A stretch of 27,559 bases of DNA from Pirellulales bacterium (GTDB lineage Bacteria; Planctomycetota; Planctomycetia; Pirellulales; JAICIG01). This document shows positions 17,294 to 27,362 of this stretch, in pieces. The DNA is taken from positions 1 to 27,559 of the forward strand of contig JBBDYJ010000027.1 in NCBI GenBank assembly GCA_040901675.1, written 5' to 3'. A program made the position numbers and the translations under genes. How positions within the stretch are numbered: the stretch's first letter is position 1; the number at the start of each line of letters is the position of its first letter. The notes beneath the pieces were generated by a model. That model ran no database searches, was not told where the DNA came from, and saw only the letters and a program-made list of their open reading frames with translations.

Positions 17294-17384
17294 GGACTCT
17301 CGTTTCCAGTTTTCGGTGTTCAATCCATCTCGGGTGCCTGGGCCTGGGGCACGCTTATCGCTTTGCCCCAGCCACCCGGGACTG

Positions 17385-19646
17385 CTACTGCTCGTCCGCC
17401 GGGGCCGGGTGGGCGTCGAGCTTTTTCCGGATCGCGGCGGCCTTGTCCGCCTCGCTGTTTTTTTCAAAGGCTGCCAGCGCCCGCTCCCAAGCCTGGCGGG
17501 CGGCATCCATCCGGCCGGCGGCCAGGTACGCGTCTCCCAGGTGATCGAGGATCACGCTGTCGGGCTCATCGCCGGCCGCCGCCCGCTCGAGCTCCACGAC
17601 GGCTTCTTCGTGCCGGCCCATCCTGTGAAGCACCCAACCCAGGCTGTCGCGATAGGCCGCGTTGTCCGGCTCGGCCGCAACCGCCCGCTGGATCATCTCG
17701 AAGGCCCGCTCAAGATGTTTGCCCTGGTCGGCCCACAAGTAGCCCAGGTCGTTTTGGGCCGAAACGTCGTCGGGAAACTCGTCCAGGACTTGTTCCAGCC
17801 ACTCTTCGGCCTGCGGAACGTCGTCGTTGATCACCGCGATGTGCGACAGCACCAGCCGCGCTTGCCTCAGTGTCTCGCGGACCTCCTCCGATTGGTGCTT
17901 GGAGTCGAAGCGGGCGATCAGATCGCGGTAGGCCTGGGCCGCCTCCTCATACCGCTTGGCGTAGTAGAGGATCCAGGGAATGCGGCTTTCCAGCCGGGGC
18001 GAATTCTCCACCAGACCGGCGGCGGCCCGGGCGGCCTGGAGGGCCTCGTCGGTCTTGCCGTCCATCGCCAAGGCGCCCGAAAGATAAAAGTGAAAAGTGG
18101 GGTTATCGGCGGGCAGGAAACGCTCGTCGATGCCCCGCTGAAAAACCCGGGCCGCGTCGGCGTAGCGCTCATGAGTCAACAGGCCCAGGCCCCAGGTCAG
18201 CAGCAGCTCGGCCGCGTTCTCGCGCTGGACCTTCAGTGCCAGCGAGAAGAACTCGTCAGCGTCGTCGAGGCGCTTCGCCTCCAGCGCCAGCAGGGCGGCG
18301 GCCAGGCGCGCGCCGGACCCGAGGCTGTCCGGATCTTCGGCATGCTGCCGCCGGGCGGTTTCCAAAAGCGACGTCAGCAACGCTTCATCCGCGGCGATAG
18401 TCTGGGCCTCCTCGGCCAGCATCTCGAGGCCTCCCGTCTTGGCCACCGACTCTCCCAGCACTTTCAAAAGCGGCCCGGGGCGATTGGTCCGCCGATAGAT
18501 GGCCGACAGACCCTGAAAGGCTTCCGGCGACGGCGCTTGCTCGACTGCCTCGACGAACAGCGGCTCGGCCTGGTCGAGCTTTTCGGCGGCCAGATACTGA
18601 CGAGCCAGGAAGGCCCGCAACGGCGCATTGCGCCCATCGAGCTCGCGCAACTCCTCCAGCCGGCCGATCAACTCATCCGGCTTGTTCAACTCGGCCAGCA
18701 AGCGGGCCAACAATTCATACGGGGCGGCACCCTGGCTGGCGGTCCGCGCCCCCAGGTACTCGTCGAGCTGCTCCAGGGCCTTGGCCGGCTCGCCTCGCAG
18801 GGCTTCCACCTGCGCCAGATGATAGGCGTGCACGGCCGCGTCGGGCGCGGCGGCCTGGGCCTTTTCGAAGGCCGCCAGGGCCGCATCCGGCTGTTCGGCC
18901 GCCAGGAAGGCCTTGCCGATCAACAAGTACGTGGGGGCCGCTTCTTCCAGCAAGGTCTTCTGAAGCGTCTTCTCGTCAAGGCCGTAATCTCCAGGGTTGT
19001 CCAAAGCGGGCATCACCTGGGTAAACGACTGAGCCGCCTCGGCGGACCGACCGGCAAGGAAGTAGAGCTTGCCCAGCTCCATCGTGAGCGTGAGGAAGGA
19101 GGCCGACTTCTTGTCCTGCTCGAGTTTCAAGGCCTGCTCGTACAAGTCGATTGCGCCGGCCAGGTCCCCTTCCTCCTTCATCACCACGCCAAGCTGCCGC
19201 AGCCAGAGTGGATCGGAGGGGGCAAGCTGGGCCGCCTTGAGCGCGTAGCGGACCGCTTCGGCATTGCGATCGAGGTGGAAGGCGACGCGCACAATATCAC
19301 GAAGGATGGTCAACGAGTCGGGATCGTGACGCAAAGCCCTCTGGTAGAGCCGCAGAGCCGAGCTGTAGTCTTCCTGCTGCTCCTTCATCCGACCGGCCGC
19401 AAACAGGCTCAAGGCCTCGACCTGGCTTCGTTGTTCGTCCGTGGCCGGGTTCAACTGCTCGAGCGGAGCGATCGGGTCTTCCAGCACCAGGGGCGGCGTC
19501 TCCGCGGGCTCCTCCTGCGGCGCGGGATCCGTGGCTGGCGGGTTGTCGGGCGCGCCGTTTACCGCCTCTTCCGCCTTGGCCGCCACGGCCAGCAGCCAGC
19601 AGGCCATTACCGCCACCCAAGGGCCGCTCAACGACTTGATCCGCAC
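17385..19646 (-). CDS. Exported tetratricopeptide-repeat protein
   Basis: Signal peptide (WLLAVAAKA), many TPR units, C-terminal NDLGYLWAD..RAVAAEPDNAAYRDSLGW..ILDHLGDAY; GTG 19646 with GGAGG 7 bp upstream. Confidence 0.88.
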   Translation of the reverse strand: MRIKSLSGPWVAVMACWLLAVAAKAEEAVNGAPDNPPATDPAPQEEPAETPPLVLEDPIAPLEQLNPATDEQRSQVEALSLFAAGRMKEQQEDYSSALRLYQRALRHDPDSLTILRDIVRVAFHLDRNAEAVRYALKAAQLAPSDPLWLRQLGVVMKEEGDLAGAIDLYEQALKLEQDKKSASFLTLTMELGKLYFLAGRSAEAAQSFTQVMPALDNPGDYGLDEKTLQKTLLEEAAPTYLLIGKAFLAAEQPDAALAAFEKAQAAAPDAAVHAYHLAQVEALRGEPAKALEQLDEYLGARTASQGAAPYELLARLLAELNKPDELIGRLEELRELDGRNAPLRAFLARQYLAAEKLDQAEPLFVEAVEQAPSPEAFQGLSAIYRRTNRPGPLLKVLGESVAKTGGLEMLAEEAQTIAADEALLTSLLETARRQHAEDPDSLGSGARLAAALLALEAKRLDDADEFFSLALKVQRENAAELLLTWGLGLLTHERYADAARVFQRGIDERFLPADNPTFHFYLSGALAMDGKTDEALQAARAAAGLVENSPRLESRIPWILYYAKRYEEAAQAYRDLIARFDSKHQSEEVRETLRQARLVLSHIAVINDDVPQAEEWLEQVLDEFPDDVSAQNDLGYLWADQGKHLERAFEMIQRAVAAEPDNAAYRDSLGWVLHRMGRHEEAVVELERAAAGDEPDSVILDHLGDAYLAAGRMDAARQAWERALAAFEKNSEADKAAAIRKKLDAHPAPADEQ

Positions 19647-19654
19647 TACACAAC

Positions 19655-19795
19655 CTCCTGTGCCGTAAAGTAGCAGGCACACTCCGTGTGCCGTCCGCCC
19701 TGTACCTCGTCCCGTTTAAAGTAGCAGGCCATCCCGGCGCGCCGGGATGTGCCGTTCGCCCATCGGCCCGAGCAGCAAACACACTCCGTGCTCGC
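19655..19795. repeat. REP-like cluster (GTAGCAGGCACACTCCGTGTGCCG family)
   Basis: Partial copy ~19655-19666, full copy 19670-19699, a copy with substituted palindromic core 19721-19760, and a degenerate copy 19771-19795. Confidence 0.8.
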
Positions 19796-19807
19796 GATGA
19801 TATGTAT

Positions 19808-19816
19808 ATTCTACCA
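19808..19816 (-). promoter_or_regulatory. Putative extended -10 promoter for TPR gene-yebC
   Basis: Minus strand TGGTAGAAT (TGn + TAGAAT) in an AT-rich patch upstream of the TPR gene. Confidence 0.45.
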
Positions 19817-19868
19817 CCCGGTAACGCGAGGCAGAAGGTCGCGGATCCAGCCGGGCTCGCGGTGGGCG

Positions 19869-20834
19869 TCACCGCGGCTTGCGCTTGGACAGGCCGACGG
19901 CCGCCGAGCGCCGTTTCTCCGCCGCTTTCTTGCCGGGCTTGCCGGCGGCCTCCGCCTTGGCCGCCTCGCTCTTGGCGGCCTGGTCGCGGGCGTCGCTTTT
20001 GCCCGGTTCGGTCTTTCCGGCGTCGGCCTTGGCGGGGCGTTCGCCGACCCGGCCGCTTGCAGGCGGCTTGGCTTTGCCGGGCTCGGCTTTCTTCTTGGCC
20101 GCCGCCTTGGCCTTGCCGGCCGCTTGAGCTTCCGAGGCTGCCGCACGGGCTGCCTTGGTCGGGCGTTTGGGCAGCCGCTCCTTGGCGTCGGGCGCGATCT
20201 CCAACAGCACCTTGTGCAGCGCCGGAGAATAAGGATTGGCTATGAAATCGGCGCCCAACTGATGTGCGAGCGAACCGAACTCGACACCTTTGTTCTTCGG
20301 AATCGCCCGTTCCAGGCCGGGCACCGCGGCGGACGCGGCGTCCTCGTCGCCGGCCAGCCCCAGGACCTTGAACACCCCGAACAACCCGCGATCGACCGGG
20401 ATGGCGTGGCCTCCCAAGGTGGCCTGCGTCACATAGTTGATGGCGAAGGGGGTCGTGCCTTCGAACTTCTTCAGCCGCTGAGCGGCCTGCCCCAAGTTCT
20501 GCTTTTTTAGCGACTCGAGATCGAACGAGTAGGCCGACTCGAACACGCCCTGCAGAACCCGCTTCAGATTGTTGGCGGCCACGGCCGGATCGGGCAGGAT
20601 GTGCATGACCTCGGCCAGTTCCTTGACGGTGCTGACGCGGACTTCGTTCCAATCGAAGAAGGAGCTGGAGACGGCGGCCAGTGCCTTGTCGGCCGCCTCG
20701 TAAGGGGCATTTTCGAGGCAGCAGGCATAGAGAAGGTGCTCCAGCACGGGGCGGTCCGGGGTGGGCACCGGCTTATAGTGCCGCTTGAGCACTTTGTGCA
20801 TTTTGGGGAACAAGCTCATGCGGGGAGTAGCCAT
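19869..20834 (-). CDS. Hypothetical protein: degenerate HhH-GPD/endonuclease III-like domain plus Lys/Ala-rich C-terminal tail
   Basis: PVLEHLLYACCLEN, FFDWNEVRVS..ELAEVM, HhH-like RLKKFEGTTPFAINYV, LGGHAIPVD; no FeS cysteine cluster; about 95 aa K/A/P-rich tail; start at ATG 20834. Confidence 0.75.
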   Translation of the reverse strand: MATPRMSLFPKMHKVLKRHYKPVPTPDRPVLEHLLYACCLENAPYEAADKALAAVSSSFFDWNEVRVSTVKELAEVMHILPDPAVAANNLKRVLQGVFESAYSFDLESLKKQNLGQAAQRLKKFEGTTPFAINYVTQATLGGHAIPVDRGLFGVFKVLGLAGDEDAASAAVPGLERAIPKNKGVEFGSLAHQLGADFIANPYSPALHKVLLEIAPDAKERLPKRPTKAARAAASEAQAAGKAKAAAKKKAEPGKAKPPASGRVGERPAKADAGKTEPGKSDARDQAAKSEAAKAEAAGKPGKKAAEKRRSAAVGLSKRKPR

Positions 20835-20915
20835 GCGGTTTTCAGCTCGAGGTTGGTCCACTCGTCGCCCCGCCGCCGGTGTGGGGGGCAACCGGTCTGT
20901 TCATACGGGCCGGGC

Positions 20916-21365
20916 TTATTCGGACTCGTCCTCGCCGCCAGGGCCGGAAGTCTTTTCCCGGCCGGGCTCGTGGGCCTGGGCGTCCGCGGAGCCGGCGTCG
21001 GCCTGGTCTTGACCCGGCGTTTCGGCGGGCAGCACGCGCCCCAGGATTTCGGCGATTTGAATCGATTTCTTGACTCCCTGATCGAGCACGAATTCAAGCC
21101 TGGGAGTGTAGCGGGTGTCGATGCGGCTGGCTACCTTGGATTGCAAGTAGCCCGCGGCACTTTTCAGACCGGCCAGCACCAGCCGCTGCTTCGTCTCGCT
21201 GCCCATGATCGAGACGTAGACCTTGGCCTGCCGCATGTCGGGCGTCATCTCGACCGACGTCACCGTAACGTTCTCGACGCGCGGGTCGTTCAGATCGGTC
21301 AGAATGGCCATGCTGACCACTTCGCGAACGGCCTGGGCGGCTTTTTGCACTCGGCGGGAAGGCAT
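20916..21365 (-). CDS. rbfA: 30S ribosome-binding factor A
   Basis: [52 protein letters not shown]; lies downstream of infB. Confidence 0.96.
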   Translation of the reverse strand: MPSRRVQKAAQAVREVVSMAILTDLNDPRVENVTVTSVEMTPDMRQAKVYVSIMGSETKQRLVLAGLKSAAGYLQSKVASRIDTRYTPRLEFVLDQGVKKSIQIAEILGRVLPAETPGQDQADAGSADAQAHEPGREKTSGPGGEDESE

Positions 21366-21465
21366 CAGGGGCGAGCCCTGCCCGGTGGTTCAGAAAATGC
21401 CGCGCCGGCCCAAACCGGTGCCGCGGCGACGATCAAGCCCAAACTTGTGCGTGGCCGATGAGCCC

Positions 21466-24084
21466 TCATAGCGTGCGGGCCACTTCCTCGACCTTGTAAG
21501 CCTCCAACACGTCGCCTTCCTTCACATCGTTGAAACCCTTGAGCTTCATCCCGCACTCGTAGCCCTCACGGACTTCGCGGGCGTCGTCTTTCTCCCGCTT
21601 GAGCGATTCCAGCGGGTAGTCGCCAAGGATCCGGTTGTCGCGGATCACTCGCACCCGAGCATTGCGTTCGATGGTGCCGGCCAGCACGCGGCAACCGGCG
21701 ATCGTGCCCAGCCGGCTGATGCTGAACGTCCTTTGCACCAACGCCCGTCCCAACTCGATATCGCGCTTCTCGGGCTTGAGCATTCCCTCCAGGGCCGCCC
21801 GCAAGTCGTCCGTTACCTGGTAGATGATCTCGTACCGGCGGATCTGAACCCCCAGCTCTTCGGCCAGCGTGCGGGCGCCTTCATCGGGCACCACGTTGAA
21901 GCCGATGATGATGGCGTCGGAGGCGTTCGCCAGGTGCACGTCGCCCGCGGTAATCCCCCCCGGAATCGCCTGCAGGATGTGGATCCGCACCTCGGGGTGC
22001 TCCAGCTTGGTGAGCTCCTTCTTGATCGCCTCGATCGAACCCATCACGTCGGCCCGCAGAATCAGATTCAGCATTTGCGGTTCGTCGCCCCCCAACCGCT
22101 CGTGCAGCGTCTCCAACGTGACGTGCGCGGTCTGACCGCTCAACGACACCTGCCGCGACTGCGTGGTCCGCTTCTCGGCGATGTCCCGGGCCTGCGTGAT
22201 GTCTTTCAGCACATAGAAGTGGTCCCCGGCCCCGGGCGCCTGGTCCAGCCCCGTCACGTTCACGGGCGTCGATGGCCCCACCTTGTCGTAGGTGACGCGG
22301 GGCCGCAGCGTGTCGTACATCGCCTTCACGCGGCCGTAGGCGGGGCCGCAAACCACCACGTCGCCCACCTCCAGCGTGCCATTCTGCACCAGCAGCTTGG
22401 CCACCGCCCCCCGCCCCTCGTGGACCTCCGACTCCAGGCAAGTGCCATGGGCGGCCCGGTGAGGGTTGGCTTTGTAGTCGTGCAGCTCGGCGATGGTCAG
22501 CAGCGTCTCCAGCAGCTCGTCGATGCCCTGCCCGGTCAACGCGCTGCACTTGACGACTTCGGTGTCACCGCCCCACTCGGTCGGCTGCAGGTGATTGGTC
22601 GACAACTGGGCCATGATCCGGTCCAGGTCGATGCCCGGCAGATCCATCTTGTTCAGGGCCACCACGATCGGCACTCCGGCCGCCCGCGCGTGGCTGATCG
22701 CCTCTTCGGTCTGGGGCATCACGCCGTCGTCGGCCGCCACGACCAGCACGGCGATATCGGTGACGTTGGCCCCCCGGGCGCGCATTTCGGTAAAGGCCTC
22801 GTGCCCCGGCGTATCGACAAAGGCCACGCCCCGCCCATTCCGCTGGACCCGGTAGGCCCGGATGTGCTGGGTGATGCCGCCACTTTCTCCGCTGACCACG
22901 TTGGTCCCGATAATCCGGTCCAAAAGCGAGGTCTTGCCATGGTCCACGTGTCCCAGGAACGTGACTACCGGCGGGCGAGGCTCCAGCGACTCCGCCTCGT
23001 CTTGCTGTAGCTCGATCGAGCTGAGCAATTGGTCCTCCAGGTCAAAGGCTTGGCGAACCTCCGCGTCCGCGCCGAACTCCGCGGCCAACAGCTCGATCGT
23101 GTCGGCGTCCAAATCCGACGTGATGATCGACATGGTCCCCAGCGTCATCAACTTGCCCAGCACCTTGGCCACCGGAACCCCGATCGCCTCCGAAAATGCC
23201 CGAACGTTGCAGGGCATGTGGATCACGATCCGCCCTTTCCGCGGGGCGGCCGTGTTGGTGCCCTGCCGCTTCATGCGGACCCGCGAACGGCGAGCGGGGC
23301 GATCGTCCTCACCAGCCCCTACGCGACGGCGGCCATCTCCGCCCGTGCGCTTCCGGCTGAGCTGGCGGGCTTCGCGACCTCCCAAGGCCGAGTCAAACTG
23401 CTTCTCGCCGGCGGCCAGCTTGCCGCCCCGGCGGCCGCGGTCGCGCCCCTCCGAGGCGGGAGTGAGCAACGGCGCGCCGGCCGGCCGCTGCGGGCCGCCC
23501 GGCTTGGTCGTCTTGCCGGCCGCCTCCGCCTTGCGCTTGGCCTCGTGCTTTCGCAGATGGGCTTGCAGCGGTTTGGCTCCCGATTTGCTCGCCCGGATGG
23601 CGTCGGCGGGCAGCTTGATGTCGGGCTTCTGGGGAGCCGGTTCTTCCTCTTTCGGCGGAGCGGCGGCCGGTTGCTGCGACGGGGGCAGCGGGGCAATGCG
23701 GACGGCAGGGCCGGCCCGCACCGCAGGCTTTGAGCCATCGGCGGCGGCCGGCTTTTTGGCCACTTCACTGGCGGGCCGCTCGGACCGCGCACCCAACGCC
23801 GGTGGTTTGCCGGTGACGCCGGCCGGAGCAATGTAGTCCTCGCGGCGGAAGGTACCCGGCTCGGCGGGAGGCGCCAGCGTGGCGGTGGCGCTTTTGGCCG
23901 GCTCGCGTGGGGCGGCCTTGCCGGCGCCTCCGCTCACGAATGCTTTGATCCGCGCCACTTCTTCATCGGTCAGGCTGGCCAGCGCGGAACCTTTGCCGGT
24001 CACCCCCGCCTTGGCGCACAGGTCCACCAGGACCTTGCTGTCCAGCTTCAACTCTTTAGCTAACGAGTAGATCCGTGCGGGCAA
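21466..24084 (-). CDS. infB: Translation initiation factor IF-2
   Basis: N-terminal [64 protein letters not shown]. Likely TTG start at 24084 behind GGGAG; alternative ATG at 24099. Confidence 0.97.
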   Translation of the reverse strand: MPARIYSLAKELKLDSKVLVDLCAKAGVTGKGSALASLTDEEVARIKAFVSGGAGKAAPREPAKSATATLAPPAEPGTFRREDYIAPAGVTGKPPALGARSERPASEVAKKPAAADGSKPAVRAGPAVRIAPLPPSQQPAAAPPKEEEPAPQKPDIKLPADAIRASKSGAKPLQAHLRKHEAKRKAEAAGKTTKPGGPQRPAGAPLLTPASEGRDRGRRGGKLAAGEKQFDSALGGREARQLSRKRTGGDGRRRVGAGEDDRPARRSRVRMKRQGTNTAAPRKGRIVIHMPCNVRAFSEAIGVPVAKVLGKLMTLGTMSIITSDLDADTIELLAAEFGADAEVRQAFDLEDQLLSSIELQQDEAESLEPRPPVVTFLGHVDHGKTSLLDRIIGTNVVSGESGGITQHIRAYRVQRNGRGVAFVDTPGHEAFTEMRARGANVTDIAVLVVAADDGVMPQTEEAISHARAAGVPIVVALNKMDLPGIDLDRIMAQLSTNHLQPTEWGGDTEVVKCSALTGQGIDELLETLLTIAELHDYKANPHRAAHGTCLESEVHEGRGAVAKLLVQNGTLEVGDVVVCGPAYGRVKAMYDTLRPRVTYDKVGPSTPVNVTGLDQAPGAGDHFYVLKDITQARDIAEKRTTQSRQVSLSGQTAHVTLETLHERLGGDEPQMLNLILRADVMGSIEAIKKELTKLEHPEVRIHILQAIPGGITAGDVHLANASDAIIIGFNVVPDEGARTLAEELGVQIRRYEIIYQVTDDLRAALEGMLKPEKRDIELGRALVQRTFSISRLGTIAGCRVLAGTIERNARVRVIRDNRILGDYPLESLKREKDDAREVREGYECGMKLKGFNDVKEGDVLEAYKVEEVARTL

Positions 24085-24240
24085 CTTCGACTCTCCCATC
24101 GACTCGTCCGCCCATTTCGCTCGTGCGCGGCGGCGAGTCGGCTCAAAAAAAACTAATTCATAACGACGATCCCCCTATTTCAGCCCCGTCACCTTTCGGT
24201 GCGCTGAGATGCAGAACGGACCGCACACTCCCGGACGGCG

Positions 24241-25752
24241 TCATGCCGAGCTTCCACGTTCCTCACCCTCGGCCGCGCCCGGCTCCCCGTCGCCCCCCAC
24301 CTCGCCAGCCCCGGCAGCAGCGTCTTGGGCAGCAGCGTCTTGGGCAGCACTGTCCTGGCCAGCACTGTCCTGGCCAGCACTGTCGTCCGCGACGCCCTGG
24401 TCAACCGCATTGTACCCGGATGCGTCCAGCTTTGCCTGGGCATCGTCGGGCGTGCCGGCCGCCAGCCCGTCGCCGTTCTTCGCCGCATCGGGATCGATCC
24501 CCGCGGCGAGCTGGGCAGCCCGTTCTTCGGCCTCCAAGGCGGCGGTGGCCGCGTCGATCCGCTGCTGCTCACGCTGCCGGCGGCGTTCCTCGCTGGCCGC
24601 CGCTTCGGCCTCCTCGGCCTTCTGCTCCGCCTGGCGGACGATCAAGTCGACCTGCTCCATGCTCAGCCCGCCCATTTCCATCAGGGCGTCGGGCTCGATC
24701 ACGGAAAGGTCATCGTATGACAAAAACCCTTCACCCACCAGCTTCTCGCTCAGGTTTTCGTCCACCCCCTCCAGGGCGCTGAAGCCGGCTACGGCCCGCT
24801 CGATCTGCTCGTCCAGCTCTTCGCGGGTCATGATTTCGATGTCCCAGCCGCACAATTTGCTGGCCAGCCGCACGTTCTGCCCGCGGCGGCCGATGGCCAG
24901 CGACAACTGGTCCTCGCGGACCAGGACGATGGCCCGGCCCAGCATCGAGCAGAGGATGACTTCCTCCACTTCGGCCGGCTGCAAGGCGTTGGGGATCAAC
25001 ACCTGCATGTCGTCGCTCCAGCGCACGATGTCGATCCGCTCGCCGGCCAGCTCGTCGACGATGTTCTTGATGCGGTTGCCCCGCACCCCCACGCAGGCCC
25101 CCACGCAGTCGACCCGCTGATCGGTGCTGCTCACGGCCACCTTGGTGCGGTAGCCCGGCTCGCGGGCCATGGCTCGGATCTCGATCACCCCGTCGGCGAT
25201 CTCCGGGATCTCCTGCTCGAACAGCCGCCCGACCAGGGCCGGCCGGGTGCGGCTCAGGATCACCTTGACCCGGCTGCCATGCTTGCGGACCTCGAACACC
25301 GTGGCCCGCACCCGCTCGTTGGCGTGGTGCGTTTCGCCGGGAATCTGCTCGCTGCGGGGCAGGATCGCCTCGCAGTTCTGCAAGGCCACCGTGGCCGCCC
25401 CGCCCTCGTACCGCTGCACCACGCCGGTGACCAATTGGCCCTTTTCCTTGTCGTATTCCTCGTACAGCGCGTCGCGCTCGGCCTCGCGCACCTTCTGGAT
25501 GATCACCTGCTTGGCCGTCTGGGCGCTGATGCGGCCCATGGTCTCCTCCGGATCGAGCGGAATGCCGTTGTGCGTTCCGGAGATCGAGCCGTCCGCGCGA
25601 TCGATGTTGACCGCGATCTCCTGCTCCTCGCCGTACTGTTTCTTGGCGGCGGAGACCAGGGCGGCCTCGATGGCCTCGAATACGATCTCTTTATTGATGT
25701 TCTTGTCGCGGTGGATGGCGTCGATGACTCGCAGCAGTTCGGCGGCATTCAT
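24241..25752 (-). CDS. nusA: Transcription termination/antitermination factor NusA
   Basis: [22 protein letters not shown]1 domain, [57 protein letters not shown], acidic C-terminus. Confidence 0.97.
   Translation of the reverse strand: MNAAELLRVIDAIHRDKNINKEIVFEAIEAALVSAAKKQYGEEQEIAVNIDRADGSISGTHNGIPLDPEETMGRISAQTAKQVIIQKVREAERDALYEEYDKEKGQLVTGVVQRYEGGAATVALQNCEAILPRSEQIPGETHHANERVRATVFEVRKHGSRVKVILSRTRPALVGRLFEQEIPEIADGVIEIRAMAREPGYRTKVAVSSTDQRVDCVGACVGVRGNRIKNIVDELAGERIDIVRWSDDMQVLIPNALQPAEVEEVILCSMLGRAIVLVREDQLSLAIGRRGQNVRLASKLCGWDIEIMTREELDEQIERAVAGFSALEGVDENLSEKLVGEGFLSYDDLSVIEPDALMEMGGLSMEQVDLIVRQAEQKAEEAEAAASEERRRQREQQRIDAATAALEAEERAAQLAAGIDPDAAKNGDGLAAGTPDDAQAKLDASGYNAVDQGVADDSAGQDSAGQDSAAQDAAAQDAAAGAGEVGGDGEPGAAEGEERGSSA
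24314..24388. repeat. In-frame 15-bp tandem repeat x5 in the nusA 3' end
   Basis: GCAGCAGCGTCTTGG x2, GCAGCACTGTCCTGG, CCAGCACTGTCCTGG, CCAGCACTGTCGTCC, encoding DSAGQ/DAAAQ-type units. Confidence 0.9.
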
Positions 25753-25879
25753 GATTCAGTCGCTTTTCCGGCACCCGTGGTGCTCGCAGTTCGAATTGTC
25801 GGATTGTAAGAGAGACGATACTTTCCTTGGCGGTCCGGTTGCTCCTTTGTTCTGGAGACCTGGTTGTTTGGACACCTGG

Positions 25880-27169
25880 TTATCGCGGTAAACTTGCTTG
25901 GTTCTCCGGCAGGCTGCGGCCGCTGACCGGGTCGAACCAGTAAGCCCGCCGCCCGTCGAAATCGACGAAAACGCTTTGGCCCGGCAGCACGTCGCACCGG
26001 GATCCCATTTTACACCTGACCAGTCCAGCCCCCGCCGGCCGGTCTGTCGCGGCCCCCGCTCCGGCCGGCTCGACGTGTACCACGGCCGAATCGCCCATCG
26101 GCTCGACCAGGACCACCCGGCCCGCCTGGCCTTCGCCGCCGGAGGCGGCCGATTCGATCCTGACATCCTCGGGGCGGATGCCCAAAACCATCGAAATGGG
26201 CTGGGCCGTCGGCTCCGCTGGCGTGCCTTGGCTGATCTCGACGGCAAACGACCAGCCGGCCCCGCTGAACCGCCAGCGGCCGGGGACCGCGGCCGCCGCG
26301 CCTTCCTGAGGCCCTGCAGCCGCGTGAGGCCCTGCACCCGCCGGGATCAGCGTCCCCTCGAAGAAATTCATGGGGGGCGATCCGACGAAGCCCGCCACAA
26401 AACGGTTGGCAGGCCGATCGTAGATCTCCCAGGGCGTTGCCACTTGTTCTATGACTCCTCGATTCAACACCGCCACCCGGTCGCCCAGCGTCAGGGCCTC
26501 GACCTGGTCGTGGGTCACGTAGATCGTGGTCGCACCCAGCCGCTGGTGCAGCAGTTTGAGCTCGCGGCGGGTTTCGGCCCGCAGCGGCGCGTCCAGGTTC
26601 GACAGAGGCTCGTCGAACAAGAAGACCGCGGGCTGCCGGACCAGCGCCCGGCCCAACGCCACTCGCTGCCGCTCGCCGCCCGACAGCTCGCCGGGCAGGC
26701 GGCTCAGCAGGTGCTCGACGCCCAGGTCGCGCGCCGCCGCGTCGACCCGCGCCCGGATCGCTCCTCGGTCAACGGCCAGCGGGACCGCCGGCTGCGGACT
26801 CGTGCTGCGTCTCGGCCCGCGGATCCTTGACCAGGTCTCCCTGAGCCACCCTGCCCGCCGCAACTCCAAGCCAAAAGCCATGTTCTTGTACACCGTCATG
26901 TGCGGGTACAGTGCCTGGTTCTGGAACACCATGGCGATGTTCCGGTCCCTTGGCCGAACCTGGTTGACCACGCGGCCTGCGATGCGGATTTGGCCGGCCG
27001 AGGGGGTTTCGAGTCCCGCGATGAGCCGCAAGGTGGTGGTCTTGCCGCTGCCGCTTGGTCCCAGCAGGACCAGGAATTCCCCGTCCCGCACCTCCAGGTT
27101 CATCTGGTCGACCGCCACGACGCGGCCGGCATAGACCCTCGACACGCCTTCGAGGACAACACCGGCCAT
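25880..27169 (-). CDS. Carbohydrate ABC transporter ATP-binding protein (MalK/UgpC/MsmX type)
   Basis: Walker A GPSGSGKTT, RNIAMVFQNQALYPHMTV, signature LSGGERQRVALGRA, Walker B FLFDEPLSNLD, YVTHDQVEA, FVGSPPMNF, LGIRPE (TOBE domain); start at ATG 27169. Confidence 0.94.
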   Translation of the reverse strand: MAGVVLEGVSRVYAGRVVAVDQMNLEVRDGEFLVLLGPSGSGKTTTLRLIAGLETPSAGQIRIAGRVVNQVRPRDRNIAMVFQNQALYPHMTVYKNMAFGLELRRAGWLRETWSRIRGPRRSTSPQPAVPLAVDRGAIRARVDAAARDLGVEHLLSRLPGELSGGERQRVALGRALVRQPAVFLFDEPLSNLDAPLRAETRRELKLLHQRLGATTIYVTHDQVEALTLGDRVAVLNRGVIEQVATPWEIYDRPANRFVAGFVGSPPMNFFEGTLIPAGAGPHAAAGPQEGAAAAVPGRWRFSGAGWSFAVEISQGTPAEPTAQPISMVLGIRPEDVRIESAASGGEGQAGRVVLVEPMGDSAVVHVEPAGAGAATDRPAGAGLVRCKMGSRCDVLPGQSVFVDFDGRRAYWFDPVSGRSLPENQASLPR

Positions 27170-27333
27170 GGGCTTCGTCGCAGGTCGAGCTATCGAGTGC
27201 CTCGCGCGGTGGCCGGCGCGAACTGCCCCCGCGCCTGCAGTCCTGAAAGGGGCGGCAGGGACGCTGGCGGGACGTTCGACACTTGCTCTAACCAACGCAC
27301 CAAAACCAACTTAGGTTAACGGATAATCCTGTA

Positions 27334-27362
27334 ACCATATCGCCCCAGCCCGTTTGTGTCAA
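27334..27362 (-). promoter_or_regulatory. Near-consensus sigma70 promoter upstream of the ABC ATPase-nusA-infB run
   Basis: Minus strand TTGACA (27362-27357), 17 bp spacer, TATGGT (27339-27334). Confidence 0.65.
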
